Part shown: piece by piece, positions 50,512 to 63,742 of the stretch
Layout of the letters: every line of letters starts with the position of its first letter
Numbering within the stretch: position 1 is the stretch's first letter
Assembly: GCA_964016885.1 (NCBI GenBank)
Contig: OZ024750.1
Span: 37,014,001 to 37,078,000, forward strand
Direction: 5' to 3'
Origin: Eledone cirrhosa
Taxonomy: Eukaryota
Length of the DNA stretch: 64,000 bases
Program-made: the position numbers and the translations under genes
The notes under the pieces: model-generated
Databases searched by the model: none
What the model was told of the DNA's origin: nothing
Seen by the model: the letters and a program-made list of their open reading frames with translations, nothing else

Positions 50512-50554
50512 ACAGTCCTGATGATGGGTAAAGACCCAGAAACATGTTGATTGT
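50512..50554 (+). ncRNA. Minimal type I hammerhead ribozyme motif
   Basis: acagtc CTGATGA tgggt aaag accca GAAAC at GTT gattgt: stem I, complete core, 5-bp stem II and palindromic stem III. Confidence 0.7.
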
Positions 50555-50687
50555 TCCTCAAAGCCAGTGTTGAACAAACAGATGACAATCGGTCACCAGC
50601 ACAGCTTCAAATTGGGCCATTTGTTTACAAACGAATCAAACATTATTATTAATGTTCGATATAAGTACACACATATATATATATATG

Positions 50688-50788
50688 TATATAGAAGAAA
50701 TTAAAAGATGGTTTAAAAAGTTCCATATATTTTATTATGTGCAAAATATATGGAACTTTTTTAACCATCTTTTAATTTCTTCTATATA
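50688..50788. repeat. Fold-back inverted repeat in TA context
   Basis: About 45-bp arms tatagaagaaattaaaagatgg..ccatatatttt / aaaatatatgg..ccatcttttaatttcttctata. Confidence 0.8.
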
Positions 50789-51099
50789 TACTCCAGTTCT
50801 ACCAATTGTTGAGTGCTACTTATCTGACATATGCATAGTTTTATTGTACTACAATATTACTCACCTCCTACATATGTATGTATATATATATATGTGTGTG
50901 TGTGTACATGTGCATACTTACATTATGTGCTAGGGCGAGAAATAAAATTCTAATTTTATTTTTTTTATACAGTCGTTTTACACCAGTCTTTGATTTTACA
51001 GAACACTGAAAAAAATGATACTATTTGAAATTAATCTATGGTGTATATTAATTTAGCTTTTTGGGGATAGTGTCATGTTATTATTGACCTAATTCAGAA

Positions 51100-51630
51100 T
51101 ATGAGATGGCAAACATAAAGGTTAAAACAACAAGAAAGACGATCGCAACTTTCTGAAAATGTACAGAACCTGAGACAGGAAACAATAAGATTAAGGCAAG
51201 AATAAAGACTATCGCAACAAACAGAGGTTCAATATGAAAGTCACCAAGAGACAATGACAGTTGCGATGCAAACTTGACAAGCACAAATGACTCTTCAAGG
51301 TAGAAGAAACTAGCTGAGAGCTGCATTTTCATATGATCCATCCAAGAATTATAGAAATGATCCTAAAGTCGTGATTAGTAGCTTGGATATTACACTGGCA
51401 TGTGTTGCTTAGGAGGAAAGGTCAGATATCCACTGACTTTTATCCATATACTGCTTACAGACCATACTAACGTAGCTAAACATTTCAGAAGCAATGTTAT
51501 GCGGTATATTGCTGTGTTTCGGATGACATCCTTTGGAGCTGAAAAAGATCATACTGACTATGGTTATTTCACAACAATTAAAATCCAATGCCAATTGCTA
51601 CCATTGAATTGGCAGTTTACTCACCCAGCC
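51100..51630 (+). pseudogene. Helitron RepHel N-terminal fragment
   Basis: RAAFSYDPSKNY..VVI, MCCLGGKV, KHFRSNVMRY..FRMTSFGA, TIKIQ.., IGSLL: conserved motifs of Helitron proteins upstream of the Rep domain. Confidence 0.8.
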
Positions 51631-51665
51631 TAATAAGGAAGTTTTATGATTGTTTTTTTTTAATG

Positions 51666-51698
<33 letters not shown>

Positions 51699-52299
51699 TT
51701 ATGGTCTCACCTCATACTGTAAACCAGACAACACATCCAATACAGTCGTTTTCTCTTTTAACCATCTTCTCTTAACTGTTCTCGCGGGTGGAGCTGGATA
51801 CCTCAACTAGTAGTAAATATAGAGTAATGGGTTAAAGGAATTTAAAGTGATAATTGATGCTAAATTCTTTGCTGCAAATATAAAAGTAGCCTCCACAGAA
51901 TATATAAAGCTAAGAAATATTTATTTATCAAATACATTAGCAAGTGTTTGTTGTTTTTTTTTCAATTCAAATGCTTTTGTATAATGTTAGCATTGAAGAA
52001 ACTGCAGTTATGTCTCAAATAAAAACCAACCACTGTGAATGAAAGCAATTAAAAGAAAAAAAATATGCAAAAAAAAACAAAGATTAAAAGGTCGAACAGA
52101 ACAGAATGACACTTGTTTATCAACTACTAACAAGATTTTGTTAATGGTAGTGATGTTGGAATATACTAGAATACTTTTGATATGTGTAGCAAATGTGTAG
52201 TTAGATTTACAAAATAACTAAATTGTATAAAAAGAAGTCAAACCAAAAACCCAAAACCTATTTCTGGTACCCAGAATTCTCATCTATATATATATATAT

Positions 52300-52640
52300 A
52301 TCATCATCATCATCATCATCAACATTTTACGTCCGCTTTTCCATGATTGCAAGGGTGGGACTGGAACTGATTCTGGCTTGATTTCTACAGCTGGATGCCC
52401 TACCTAACACCAACCCCATTTATAGTGAGTGGTGGGTGCTTTTTTGCCGTGGCACCTCCACGACCACTTTGCAGTGGAATGATAGGGACCCCAGTCCCTA
52501 TCATCTCATTTCTACAGCTGAGTAAACTGGAGCAATGTGAAATAAAGTGTCTTGCTCAAGGAAACAACACATCACCCAGTCTGAGATTTGAACTCACAAC
52601 CTTTCGATTGCAAGGCCAATGCTCTAACCACTAAGCAGAG
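52300..52640 (-). mobile_element. SINE family B
   Basis: Consensus match. Confidence 0.9.
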
Positions 52641-52642
52641 AC

Positions 52643-52854
<212 letters not shown>

Positions 52855-53008
52855 TAGAATAGGGTAACCGAGGTTGACATATGTTGATGCCCTAAGGACA
52901 GGACATGGCAGCACTGTTGAGGGACAGAGACTGCTGGAGAGTACTCGCCCATGGATCTCGGGAGTTTTACCCGCCCTAGATAGATAGATAAATATTTATA
53001 TGTATATG

Positions 53009-53044
<36 letters not shown>

Positions 53045-53046
53045 GA

Positions 53047-53190
53047 TATTTCTGAAGACGGCATATATATGTGTTGGTATGTATATTTAATCTTGATAGT
53101 TTGTATCATTTTGTATAATTTTGTACATAGATCTGTTGAATATGGATGCCAATTCTAACACATATATATCCTAGAAACGATCGTTAAATA
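53047..53190 (+). ncRNA. Hammerhead-like motif with extended stem II (PLE terminal repeat)
   Basis: tattt CTGAAGA ..atatatatgtgttgg..ctaacacatatatat.. GAAAC gatc GTT aaata. Confidence 0.5.
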
Positions 53191-53249
53191 ATGAACTTTT
53201 TTTGTTTAATATAAGGAACTGTTTCATTGTTTTATTCATTATTTTTTTA

Positions 53250-53281
<32 letters not shown>

Positions 53282-53283
53282 AA

Positions 53284-55378
53284 GGGGAGCTTGCCCTCAC
53301 AAGTGCTGAGAAGAAAGATGCGTGGAAGAGCCATTATGATAGATTATTAAATGAGGAGAATGCATGGGAAGAAGAGACCCTACCCCAAGTAAACCCTATA
53401 GTGGGGCCAGCAGTACAAGTCAGCAGCAGCGTAGTAAGGCAATCAAAGATATGAAAACGAGGAAGGCAACCGGTCCATCGGGTATAGCTGCCGAGATGCT
53501 GAAGGCATCTGGGTTGGTAGATCACATCATAACCACACGTATTGTTAACCAGGTAATACTAGAAGGTGTCATACCAAAGGATTCGTGCAGTAGCATCATT
53601 ATCAACTGCTACAAAGGTGATGCACTAGATAGAGGAAACTATAGAGGTATAAAGCTGATGGACCAGGTCATGAAAGTAACAGAAAGAGTTATAGTACAGT
53701 TGATTAGGGAGCGGGTGAAACTAGATGAGATGCAATTTGGGTTTGTGCCAGGAAGAGGCACCACTGATGCCCTCTTTCTTGTGAGGCAGTTACAGGAAAA
53801 GTACCTAGCTAAAAGTAAGCCGCTCTACCTGGCATTCGTCGATCTGGAGAAAGCCTTTGACAGAGTTCCCCATAATCTGGTGGGCTCTTAGAAAACTAGG
53901 AGTAGATGAATGTATTTTGAAAGCTGTACAAGCCATGTATAGGGGAGCAGTCAGCAAAGTTAGGATTAGCAATGACTATAGCGAGGAATTTAGCATACAG
54001 GTCGGTGTCCACCAGGGCTCTGTTCTTAGCCCTCTCCTGTTCATCATAGTTCTGCAGGCAATAACGGAGGAGTTTAAGACCGGATGCCCATGGGAACTCC
54101 TGTATGCAGATGACCTCGCACTTATAGCTGAATCTATGGTAGAACTAGAGAAGAAATTCCAAACTTGGAAGCAGGGACTAGAAAGAAAGGGTCTCAAAGT
54201 CAACCTGACAAAGACTAAGGTCCTTGTAAGTAGATGAGAAAACAGAACCCAGATCCCCTCAGGGAAATGGCCTTGCTCAGTATGTAGGAAAGGTGTAGGT
54301 AGGAACTCCATTCTCTGCTCCAAATGCAAACAATGGGTACACAAGAGATGTAGCAGGATCTCAGGAAGCTTAACTAAGAATGTAGGCTTCACATATAGCA
54401 GCTATGCTGGGACAGCAAGCAGCAAACAGCCACAGGAAACAAGTACCACCAAACTCTGGGAGGTCTCTGTAGAAACAGTAGACAGCTTCTGCTACCTAGG
54501 TGACCGAATTAGCAGCGGGGGTGGGTGTTTGGAAAGTACAATAACTAGGGTAAGAACGGGATGGAAGAAGTTCAGAGAGCTACTGCCACGGCTAGCTGCA
54601 AAACGCTTTTCCTTCAAAATGAAAGGCAGACTGTATGATGCATGTATATGAACAGCAATGTCACATGGTAGTGAGACCTGGGCGCTGTCTGTGAAAGACT
54701 TGCGTAGATTAGAAAGAAACGAAGCCTGCATGCTCCAATGGATGTATAATAGTAATATACGCGAACGGCAAAGCATAAATGAATTGAGAGAGAGACTGAG
54801 CATAAGAGGAATCAAATTCTGTGTGCAGGAGAGGCGGTTGCGTTGGTATGGACATGTGATGCGTATGAAGGATGACAGCTGCATAAAAAGGTGCAGAGCA
54901 CTAGAAGTCGATGGAAACCGCAGAGTGGGGAGACCCAAGAAGACCTGGGATGAGGTGATAAAAGCCGACCTTACCCCAATTGCACCTCTCACGGGTGATG
55001 ACACACGACCGTGACCTCTGGCATCACGCAGTAATATAGAAGACCCGAACCCCCATGGGTACAAGCCGAAGCTGAAGCATATAGACAATATGCCTCCACC
55101 CCTTCCCACTGCAAAGTGGTCATGGAGGTGCCACGGCAGAAAAGCACCCAGCCCACACTGTAAAGTGGACGTGTAGGCGCCATGGAAGAAAAGCACCCAG
55201 CACTCACTGTAAATGAGGTTGGTGTTAGGAAGGGCATCCAGCTGTAGAAATCAAGTCAGAATCAGTCCCCGTATGAGCAAGACATGGTCAGCCGATCAGT
55301 TACTGCCCACAACAGGACAACCCATCTAACCCATGCTAGCGTGGAAGAACGGATGTAAAACGCTGACGATGATGATGA
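53284..55378 (+). mobile_element. RTE LINE, 5'-truncated (RT, PHD-like finger, C-terminus, tail)
   Basis: KATGPSGI, NYRGIKL, QFGFVPGRGTTDA, DLEKAFDRV, GVHQGSVLSP, LLYADD, WYGHVMRM; (gat)n end. Confidence 0.92.
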
Positions 55379-55597
55379 TATATGTATATATCGACAGTCG
55401 ATCAACTTTCATCAAATCGGACCGAGGAAACAATGTTTCCGTTGGTCTTTCCAATTGTTAATAATATCTATCGGTCGCAACTCCAGGTAGAAGGAGCAAC
55501 GTGAAAATAAAGTGTCTCAAGGACATAGCAAATTGCCTGGTCCAGGAATCGAACTCACAACCTCACAATTGCAAATACAATTCTCTAACCACTCGGC

Positions 55598-55644
<47 letters not shown>

Positions 55645-56343
55645 GTATATATATGTATATATATATATATATATATGAAAAACGTAAAATAAGAAAATTA
55701 TAGTAATTAGCTTACTTACTTAAATTTCACTCCAACTAATTAGTTTCTGAAAGGGAATATACATGGAGATCATGGAGAAACCTTTTCGTCACCAGGGAGT
55801 CATTCTCAGCTAAGATACCTGGCGATACGTGGACACAGGGAACTTATACAAAAATATTCAGTGGATGGAAAAGAGTAAGCGGGGACTAAATTCCAAGACA
55901 CAAAGTTACTAAGACAAAACCTATATATTTGCTTGCATAGGTATACATCTGTATATATATGTTGGTAGATATACTAATTCTTTATATATATATTTATTTA
56001 TATACATGTATGTGTGTGTATATGTATGTATGTATGTATATATATATATATATGTATATGTATGTAGGACCCCTAGCCTTTGTCAGGGCATTCTTCTAGA
56101 AGGTAACTCAGGAAACTGGGATAACTCCGACATAAAATCTTCAGCTCAGTAGTTACCGATGACGTTGATCCTTTCTTCTTTTCAGGTTATAGCTACTGTC
56201 ACTCAGAGAGTGGGATTGGTTCAGTGCACAGTCTTTCCTCACTTTAAAAATAATCTTCACGCACAGGCATTGATCTAACACTTTGTTCCTTTTCATCCTC
56301 ATCATCATTTTACGTCCGCTTTTCCCTGCTTGTATTATTAGTA

Positions 56344-56956
56344 CTAGCAGAAAAACCACCTTTCGGGTGGTTTTCTGCTACAATGTGTAGTGTGTATATT
56401 GATATTATACGCAGATGTATATACATGTAGATATGATACATCAAATAAAATCGTAATTGACAATATACACAGAAATTGAATGAAGACTGCGTTACACTGT
56501 CTTATGTAATCAATAACGTAATCCGTGATACATTAAAAAAAGACGATATTATATATAAACTGCATTAGGAGAAAATTAGTGACAGAAATATATGAATGTT
56601 TATTAACCGAAAGTGTTGACATTTGAAAATTTTAAAGAAGTGAATTTTTAAATAAAAAATAAAATATATTTAATCAACAGCCATGAAATTTAGTAGATAA
56701 ATTATGTAATATTCATTCATTATTTATTCAAAGTTAAAATCTCCATTCTGATTTCAAATCCCGCCGAGGTTAACTTTGTCTTTCATCCTTACGAGGTCGA
56801 TAAAATAAAATACCAGTAATGCACTGGGTAATTGCTGGCCTTGTGCCAAAAGTAGAAACAATTATTTATTCAAAATAATCCAACTTATTTTACTAATGGG
56901 ATAAACAATTATAAACCGTACGCAGTCCCGCGCTCCTTACTTTATTATAGTATAGA
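56344..56956 (-). mobile_element. Non-autonomous Helitron with nested SINE A (about 56735-56865)
   Basis: Minus strand A|TCTATACTATAATAAAG ... hairpin CTAG|T; the SINE is flanked by an attatttattcaaa duplication. Confidence 0.78.
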
Positions 56957-57214
56957 TTATAATCTGCTTAGTACAATATACCTACTGGAAACTACTCATT
57001 GAGTGTTCATTCTGGTGAACCTACAGTAACTGGATGTTACAATCCCTAAATTGTATATATACGTTAAAAAAAAAACAATGAAGTTTCGTTTACATGTATT
57101 TGGTTGTTTATTGTGTATCGACCTGTTATGCGCAGAGGATTGGCTCAGGGTCACCCATAGGAGTTATGGACCCGACTCCATTATCGATCTGCTCTTCGGG
57201 ACCTCTTCTGTTCA

Positions 57215-57358
57215 TCTGGAAGATCTGCTGCAGTACATATGAACAGATGACAGTAACAGATGTGTTGTTCGACACTAGTGTAAGTTTAATTATCCTGTCA
57301 CTCACCCTAACTACCTCAATTCCATTATCTACCCATTTCTCTGCAAATAATATACATA
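57215..57358 (-). mobile_element. RTE endonuclease fragment
   Basis: ILFAEKWVDNGIEVVRVSDRIIKL. Confidence 0.65.
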
Positions 57359-57359
57359 G

Positions 57360-57612
57360 TCCCAAAGCATGGAACAAACTACCTGCATCAATCAGTTATT
57401 AGCTGTCGAGACACTGCATCCTTTAAAACCTCCATGCTTCCTGAGATTCGCCAACACTACACCTAATATTCCCCCTCCATACACACGCACACATGTATAT
57501 CATGACTCATACACTATTCACTTCCCTGACATTTGTATATTATTCTATGTACTATACATGCACATTTGACGAGTTGTAGTGCATCTGAGCACTGTACACA
57601 ATAATTTCATTA
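57360..57612 (+). mobile_element. CR1/L2-like LINE 3' end
   Basis: KAWNKLPAS..SFK; tail ctgagcactgtacacaataatttcattatt also occurs at about 9440-9475. Confidence 0.5.
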
Positions 57613-57614
57613 TT

Positions 57615-57795
57615 GGATTGGCAGTATCGTTAGAGGGTCGGACGTTTGCAGCATAAAGTTACGGGCCTTTACGATCTGAGTTCAAATCCCGCTGAGGTTA
57701 ACTTTGCCTTTCATCCTTACAGGGTCGATAAAATAAAGTACCAGTAATGCACTGGGATGATTGCTGGCCTTGTGCCAAAAGTAGAAACAATTATA
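57615..57795 (+). mobile_element. SINE family A
   Basis: Consensus match. Confidence 0.85.
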
Positions 57796-60207
57796 TTATA
57801 TGCACCAACACGGGTTACCTACCTAGAACTTGTATCTATGCGCCCCTCCATCTTATGTCATTCACATAACACACATCTACAGTAGACTGTGATTTTAGGG
57901 AAGTTTTGGCTGCTATTTCTAACAGTTTTGAATGATAACTACAGAGATAGTTGTGTTGCCTGTTGCAACTGGTGACCTTTGACACTTACTATAATAAGCT
58001 TGTTGTTTGAGAGAGACAAATTCTATTCATCTTGTGTTTCCTCAATTTATAGATATCATATCCAGTTATCTCTTCTAATTCATGTTAATTATTCAGAGGT
58101 AAATCATGTGACAAACGTGTGACCAGAGGATCATTACTCCTTCCCCCTCTCTCTTTTATTCCCACCACATCATCATCATTATCATTATTTAACTTTCGTT
58201 TTTTTTTGTTAGAGTATATTTAGATTAAACTTTCTTTTAAAATATTGGTTTAATTTCTAAAAATGAACTTGTTATGCCTTTTATCTACTTAGATATTGAA
58301 AAATGTAGACAACAGAGAAAGATGGGTGGGGGAGATAGGGGGGAAAAGGGAGAGGGGAGTGAGTGGGTAGAGTGGGTAAATGGGGGATAAGGTGTGAATA
58401 GATAAGGAGATATCTTGCAAGTAAGGAAAAAGCGGACGTAAAATGATGATGATGATGATAAGTGAGCGCTAGGTGGGAGGGGTTGAAGGGAGAGATAGGT
58501 GAGAGTCGAACTGGGGATAGAGTTAGGGTTGAGGTGGTTTGGGGAAGGGATATATGAGTGATAGACAAACGTTTAGACAGACGATGAAATACAGCTCTTT
58601 CATGCTAGCCTACGTAAAATCTGAACCTGCTGACATAAAATAAAAGGTACTGAACAATCGTTTAGATAACAATGAATGTAAATCTGCCAGCATTTTTTGT
58701 TGCCTCAGGCACGTGGTGTGAACTATTAAATACTCTCTACAAAACATCATACATATCTTTATCAAAACACCCAGAGTAAAAACCCACAACCGCCTACCGC
58801 ACTGTAATCATCATTTGTGTGTGTATAGGTGGTGTGTTGTGTGTGTGTGCATGTTAATCTTGTATTCAGTAATATCTGTTGGACATAGAGATCAAACGCA
58901 CACTTAACCACTTAAAGGACGATCAGATACGAAGATTTAACGAAGAAATCAATCATTTAGTGCACAGATGCACTTTAAAACACATCGATCACTTCGTGTT
59001 TCTTTTTAATTTGGGTTAGATATTGGCGCACTATTCACGCAAGTAAGTTATTTTAAAACCTCCAACGTTATTGTTTATAATCGTACGATTTTACACTATA
59101 TATTTTATATTAGCTCGTTTAAACTGAAATGAAAAGCACAGGGCTTTTATTATATTCTATTTTTTTTTACAATTTTTTAGATTTATATTCATTACGTTAT
59201 TTATTTACAACATCAGAAGGTAAAAACCGACTTTTATTTCTGTGGTTGAGACTGTTTCTTCATTACTTACATGTATCCTCATGTGTGTAGTAGCTTACAC
59301 GCTCCAGTTATTTAAAAGAAACTTATTCGATTTGATAATATCGGCACAAATAACGTTGACAATTAATGTCGAACGAAGAAAATAAATACATCTTGTTCGA
59401 TTCACCGCATTCTACGTTAAAGGTTAAAGTTAGGGTCCCTCACCACATCGACGCGTGTGTGTATGTGTAGTGGAGCATGCGAAATAATTACGGTGAACCA
59501 GACAAGATAATTTTTTATTTGAGATCTGTTGTCAGTGACATGTTAATTATATAAACTTCTTTTTTTTGTTAACGAGTATGTCATTAAGAAAATAACCACA
59601 TGTTAGCACAAGCCCTTTGCCACCTGTAGTAAATTTCTGAAGCATCCTGATCAAAGCAAACGTTTATCTAAGATGTTTAAAGTAGAGATAGAGACAAACA
59701 AGGTTATTGTCGAGAAAATCACCTTGATAACAAGCATCTGCCTCAGATATTGTATTCAAGGGAAGTAATTGTCTGAGATATTATTCATTCAAGGGAAGCA
59801 ACCCTAACTGATACAACGTCTTTTCTGCCTTCTGTTTTTATTTTTTAATTTCATACTTTTCTAAATAGTACATCCGTACCGTCAAGAATGACGACAATAG
59901 CGTTGAACGTATGTAATTTTTGGAGTCAGGATTAGTATGTCATATGTACCATCATCATCGTTTTTACGTTCACGTTCTATGAGAGAGAGAGAGCAAGTCT
60001 GCGATGCTGAGACTGCGGAGACCACACATCATGGGAGTACTCAATGCTTGTAGAGATGCAGAGTGGGTATAGAGAGAGGTATGAATCCGACTGTGACAAC
60101 AAGTGGTTTCAGCTTCTGTATTCAGCAAGCCTTTTGAGTCCATCCTTGAAAAGGGATGACCATGTCTTGCTCGTACAGAACTGATTTTGGCTTGGTTTCT
60201 GCAGCTG

Positions 60208-60960
60208 TATCATCATCATCATCATCACCGTTTTACGTCCGTTCTTCCACGCTAGCATGGGTTAGACGGGTTGTCCTGTTGTGGGCAGTGTCTTGTCGGC
60301 TGACCATGCCTTGCTCATACAGGAACTGATTTGGGCTTGATTTCTACAGCTGGATGCCCTTCCTAACACTAACCTCATTTACAGTGAGTGCTGGGTGCTT
60401 TTTCCGTGGCACCTACACATCCACTTTACAGTGTGGGCTGGGTGCTTTTTTGCCGTGGTACCTCCACGACCACCTTTCAGTGGGAGGGTGTGGGGGCATA
60501 TTGTCTATATGCTTCAGCTTGTACCCATGGGAGGTCGGGTACTCTCTATTACTGCGTGACGCCAGAGGTCACGGTCGTGTGTCATCGCCTTTGAGAGGTG
60601 TAATTGGGTAAGGTCGGCTTTTATCACCTCATCCCAGGTCTTCTTAGGTCTCCCCACTCCGCGGTTTCCATTGACTTCTAGTGCTCTGCACCTTTTTATG
60701 CAGCTGTCATCTTTCATACGCATCACATATCCATACCAACGCATCCGCCTCTCCTGCACACAGCATTTGATTTCTCTTATGCTCAGTCTCTCTCTCAATT
60801 CATTTATGCTTTGCCATTCGCGTATATTACTATTATACATCCATCAGAGCATGCAGGCTTCGTTTCTTTCCAATCTACGCAAGTCTTCCACAGTCAGTGC
60901 CCAGGTTTCACTACCATGAAACATTGCTGTTTGGATACACGCATCATACAGTCTGCCCCT
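60208..60960 (-). mobile_element. RTE 3' fragment
   Basis: Near-identical reverse complement of about 34470-35212. Confidence 0.9.
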
Positions 60961-61149
60961 CATAATGCCAACCACATTTACAGTACTGCATGCCTTTTTT
61001 ATGATGACATGTACACAACCACTTTATAGTGTGGACTGGGGATTTGGGTGCAGGAGGTGTGTGGGGATTGGCGAGGTAGATCTAGGGACATGAGTGGAGT
61101 GTTAGGTATGTGGAAGGGAGATTGAGAGGAAGGTGGTGCGTACTAGGTA

Positions 61150-61830
61150 TATGCTTCAACCTGAGCACATGGGAAGGCGGGTCTTCTGTATTACTGCATA
61201 ACACCAGAGATCTCGGTCCTGTGTCATCGCCTTTGAGAGGTGCAATTGGGCAAAGTCAGCTTTTACCATCTCATCCAAAGTCTTCCTAGGTCTTCCTATT
61301 CCATAGCTTTCATCAGCTTTGAGTGCTCTGCACCTTTTTATACAGCTGTCATCCTTCATAGGCATCACATGCCAATGCAATCTCATCTCCTGCACACTGT
61401 GTCTGATCCCTCTTATGCCTAGTTTCTCTCTCAGTTTTCTTATGCTTTGCCGTTCATGTATTATGTATACATTGAACCATAGAAGCCTCATGTTTTTCCA
61501 ATCTTCGCAGGTCCTCTGCACACAATGCCCAGGTCTCACTGCCATGGAACATTGCTGTTCCTATACATGAATCATAGAACCTGCCCTTCGTTTTAAGAGA
61601 AAACCTTTTGTAGTTAGCAGCATTAGAAGCTCCCTGAACTTTCTCCATCCCATTCTCAGTGTGCTTTTGGAACACCCTCCTTCACTGCTAATTGGGTCAC
61701 AAACTATCTACTACATCTACAGAGCCCTCTGGGCATTTGAAGGAGTTAGTATCCTGTGAGCTAGATATTGCACCTGTGCATCAGCCATATATAAAACCTA
61801 CGTTCTTTTCCAGCCTTCCTGAGATCCCCA
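61150..61830 (-). mobile_element. Older RTE 3' fragment
   Basis: KGRFYDSCIGTAMFHGSETW; GRPRKT. Confidence 0.8.
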
Positions 61831-61864
61831 ATACTGCCAATCCACTACCATATACTACTACTAA

Positions 61865-62135
61865 TGATAATGGTTTCGGATTTAGGCACAGGGACAATAA
61901 TTTGAGAGGGGGCGAAGTTGATTAAATTGACCCTAGTGCATTACTGGTACTTTATTTTATTGACCCCATAAGGTTGAAAGACAAAGGTAACCCCGGCAGG
62001 ATTACATATCACTGCAAAATTTGATCCTGTGGATTGGGGTTAACTTTGCCTTTCATCCTTACAGGGTTGATAAAATAAAGTACCAGTAATACACTGGGAT
62101 AATTGCTGGCCTTGTGCCAAATCTAGAAACAATTA
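61865..62135. mobile_element. Two SINE A-type fragments in inverted orientation
   Basis: Minus-strand core at about 61865-62003 and plus-strand core at about 62035-62135. Confidence 0.7.
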
Positions 62136-62876
62136 TTAATAGAGTTCCGAAGAAACCAAGACAAGAGGCGTTGGGGTGGAAAGTAAACTATTACTACTGA
62201 ACAGAAGACAGACATTTAATATTGGGAAGTGAGGAATATGGAATGACGAAGGAAATACTTAATATTTATTGTCATTGTTTTATATTTTGCTGATGTCATC
62301 TTGGCCTTTCTGACTTTTAATTTAGTATTGATAACATAAGTAGCAAGTATATCGCAATGTCAAATCATGCAACTAATATAACTCACACCCCTCCTCTTCT
62401 GCAGCCATCCCCTCAGCACCCCATTCTCACCACCCATACCCTTCTCTAGCCATTACCATACCTCACCCACCGTTCCAGCTATTCCCTTGCTGTCACCACC
62501 CCTCTTTGCCACCCCATCCTTATTGAGCCATCACCTCCCCCTCCTCGCCCCCCATCCCTTGCCACTCCTTGGCACCACCACCACCACCCCTTTGAGACAT
62601 TGTACTTATGTGATTTATTTGAGACATTGTACTTATGTGATTTATCAATTAAGGTCCATCATCTACTGATTTAAATTTAATAAATGTCAACCCTTGCAGG
62701 AGATAAATGTAATGTTGGTAGTTGAACAGTTGAACATGATTTCAATGGAGGTGGGAGAGACCAACCTCTTCTTGTGTAACTAATGAGATTAAAATTATTT
62801 CTTAAGATCATATATATATGGAGGGGTGTCCAAACCCATGCAAGCGTGGAATATGGACGTTAAACGATGATGATGA

Positions 62877-63351
62877 TGTGTAGCGACGTGGTTAGTCAGT
62901 CTGGTCACTACTTCTGATCAGATCCGAGAATAGCCCTTAGAAGGACTGTTATCGCATACGGTCTGATCAGATCTGAAGATAGCCCTTAAAAGAACTGTTG
63001 TCACTGGTGAGGATGGACAGACGAAAGCACAAGTTGAAAAGGACGAAGCAAGGCGAGATGTAAATTCGATCAGCTATTTATGTTCACATAAAGCGACGAT
63101 ACAAAGTGTGTGACAAAGCGTGGCAGAGTAAAGGAACAACGATACGCTAGCTGACTCTGCCAAAAGTCGACTGGCGGAAGTGTTTGGGATCACTCTATTA
63201 ATACAGAAATAATCGTTTGATGTTTAGGCGCTGTGTAGGCGTTTATTTTGGTGGTTTCTAAGGGCTGTTTGTTTTGTTTCACGTTGAGGTAGCTAGCTAA
63301 CAGATAGATGGCACTGTATATTTCACAGATGTTATTTCCGGTGGCTGTACA
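62877..63351. mobile_element. Possible solo LTR
   Basis: CpG-rich 475-bp block bounded by TGTGTAGCGAC..GTGGCTGTACA (imperfect TG..CA inverted ends); no clear TSD. Confidence 0.4.
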
Positions 63352-63375
63352 TATGTATATATATATATATATATA

Positions 63376-63742
63376 ATAAGTAAATATCTTTAAGTCGTTT
63401 GGAAGCCTCAACAATGCAAATGGGTAAATCTCCGGGTAACAAGATCCGGTGGTGGAGAGAGAGATGTAAGTGGGTGTACGTTGAGATGCGTGGTGTGTAT
63501 AAGACGTGTAGAAGAATGAAGGAAAGAGTATAAAGGATAAAATATAAATAACAACACGAGAGAGAGTTACCTTGGGAGAGATTTAATTGTCCCTATATAT
63601 TTCTGATTCACATCCATCAACTGGAGGTTTTTTCCGGGGTGGGGGAAAGGTTGTCTGTCGGAAAGGTGCGAAACGCGTCCTCCGCTGTTTGTTGTTTTGA
63701 TATTCAAAACAACAAACAGCGGCGGACACGTTTCGCACCTTT
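63376..63742 (-). mobile_element. Copy of the 48856 element with terminal fold-back
   Basis: 39-bp arms 63662-63700/63704-63742; (TA)n at the other end. Confidence 0.7.

Larger units (their letters stand above)
49778..51810 (+). mobile_element. Internally deleted Helitron nested in a TTAA MITE
   Basis: A|TCTCTATATATATATAAAA..; 3' cgcgggtggagctgg..aCTAG|T; the flanks rejoin into MITE sequence (ctttactgtgaacatataa | tagtaaatatagagtaatg). Confidence 0.7.
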
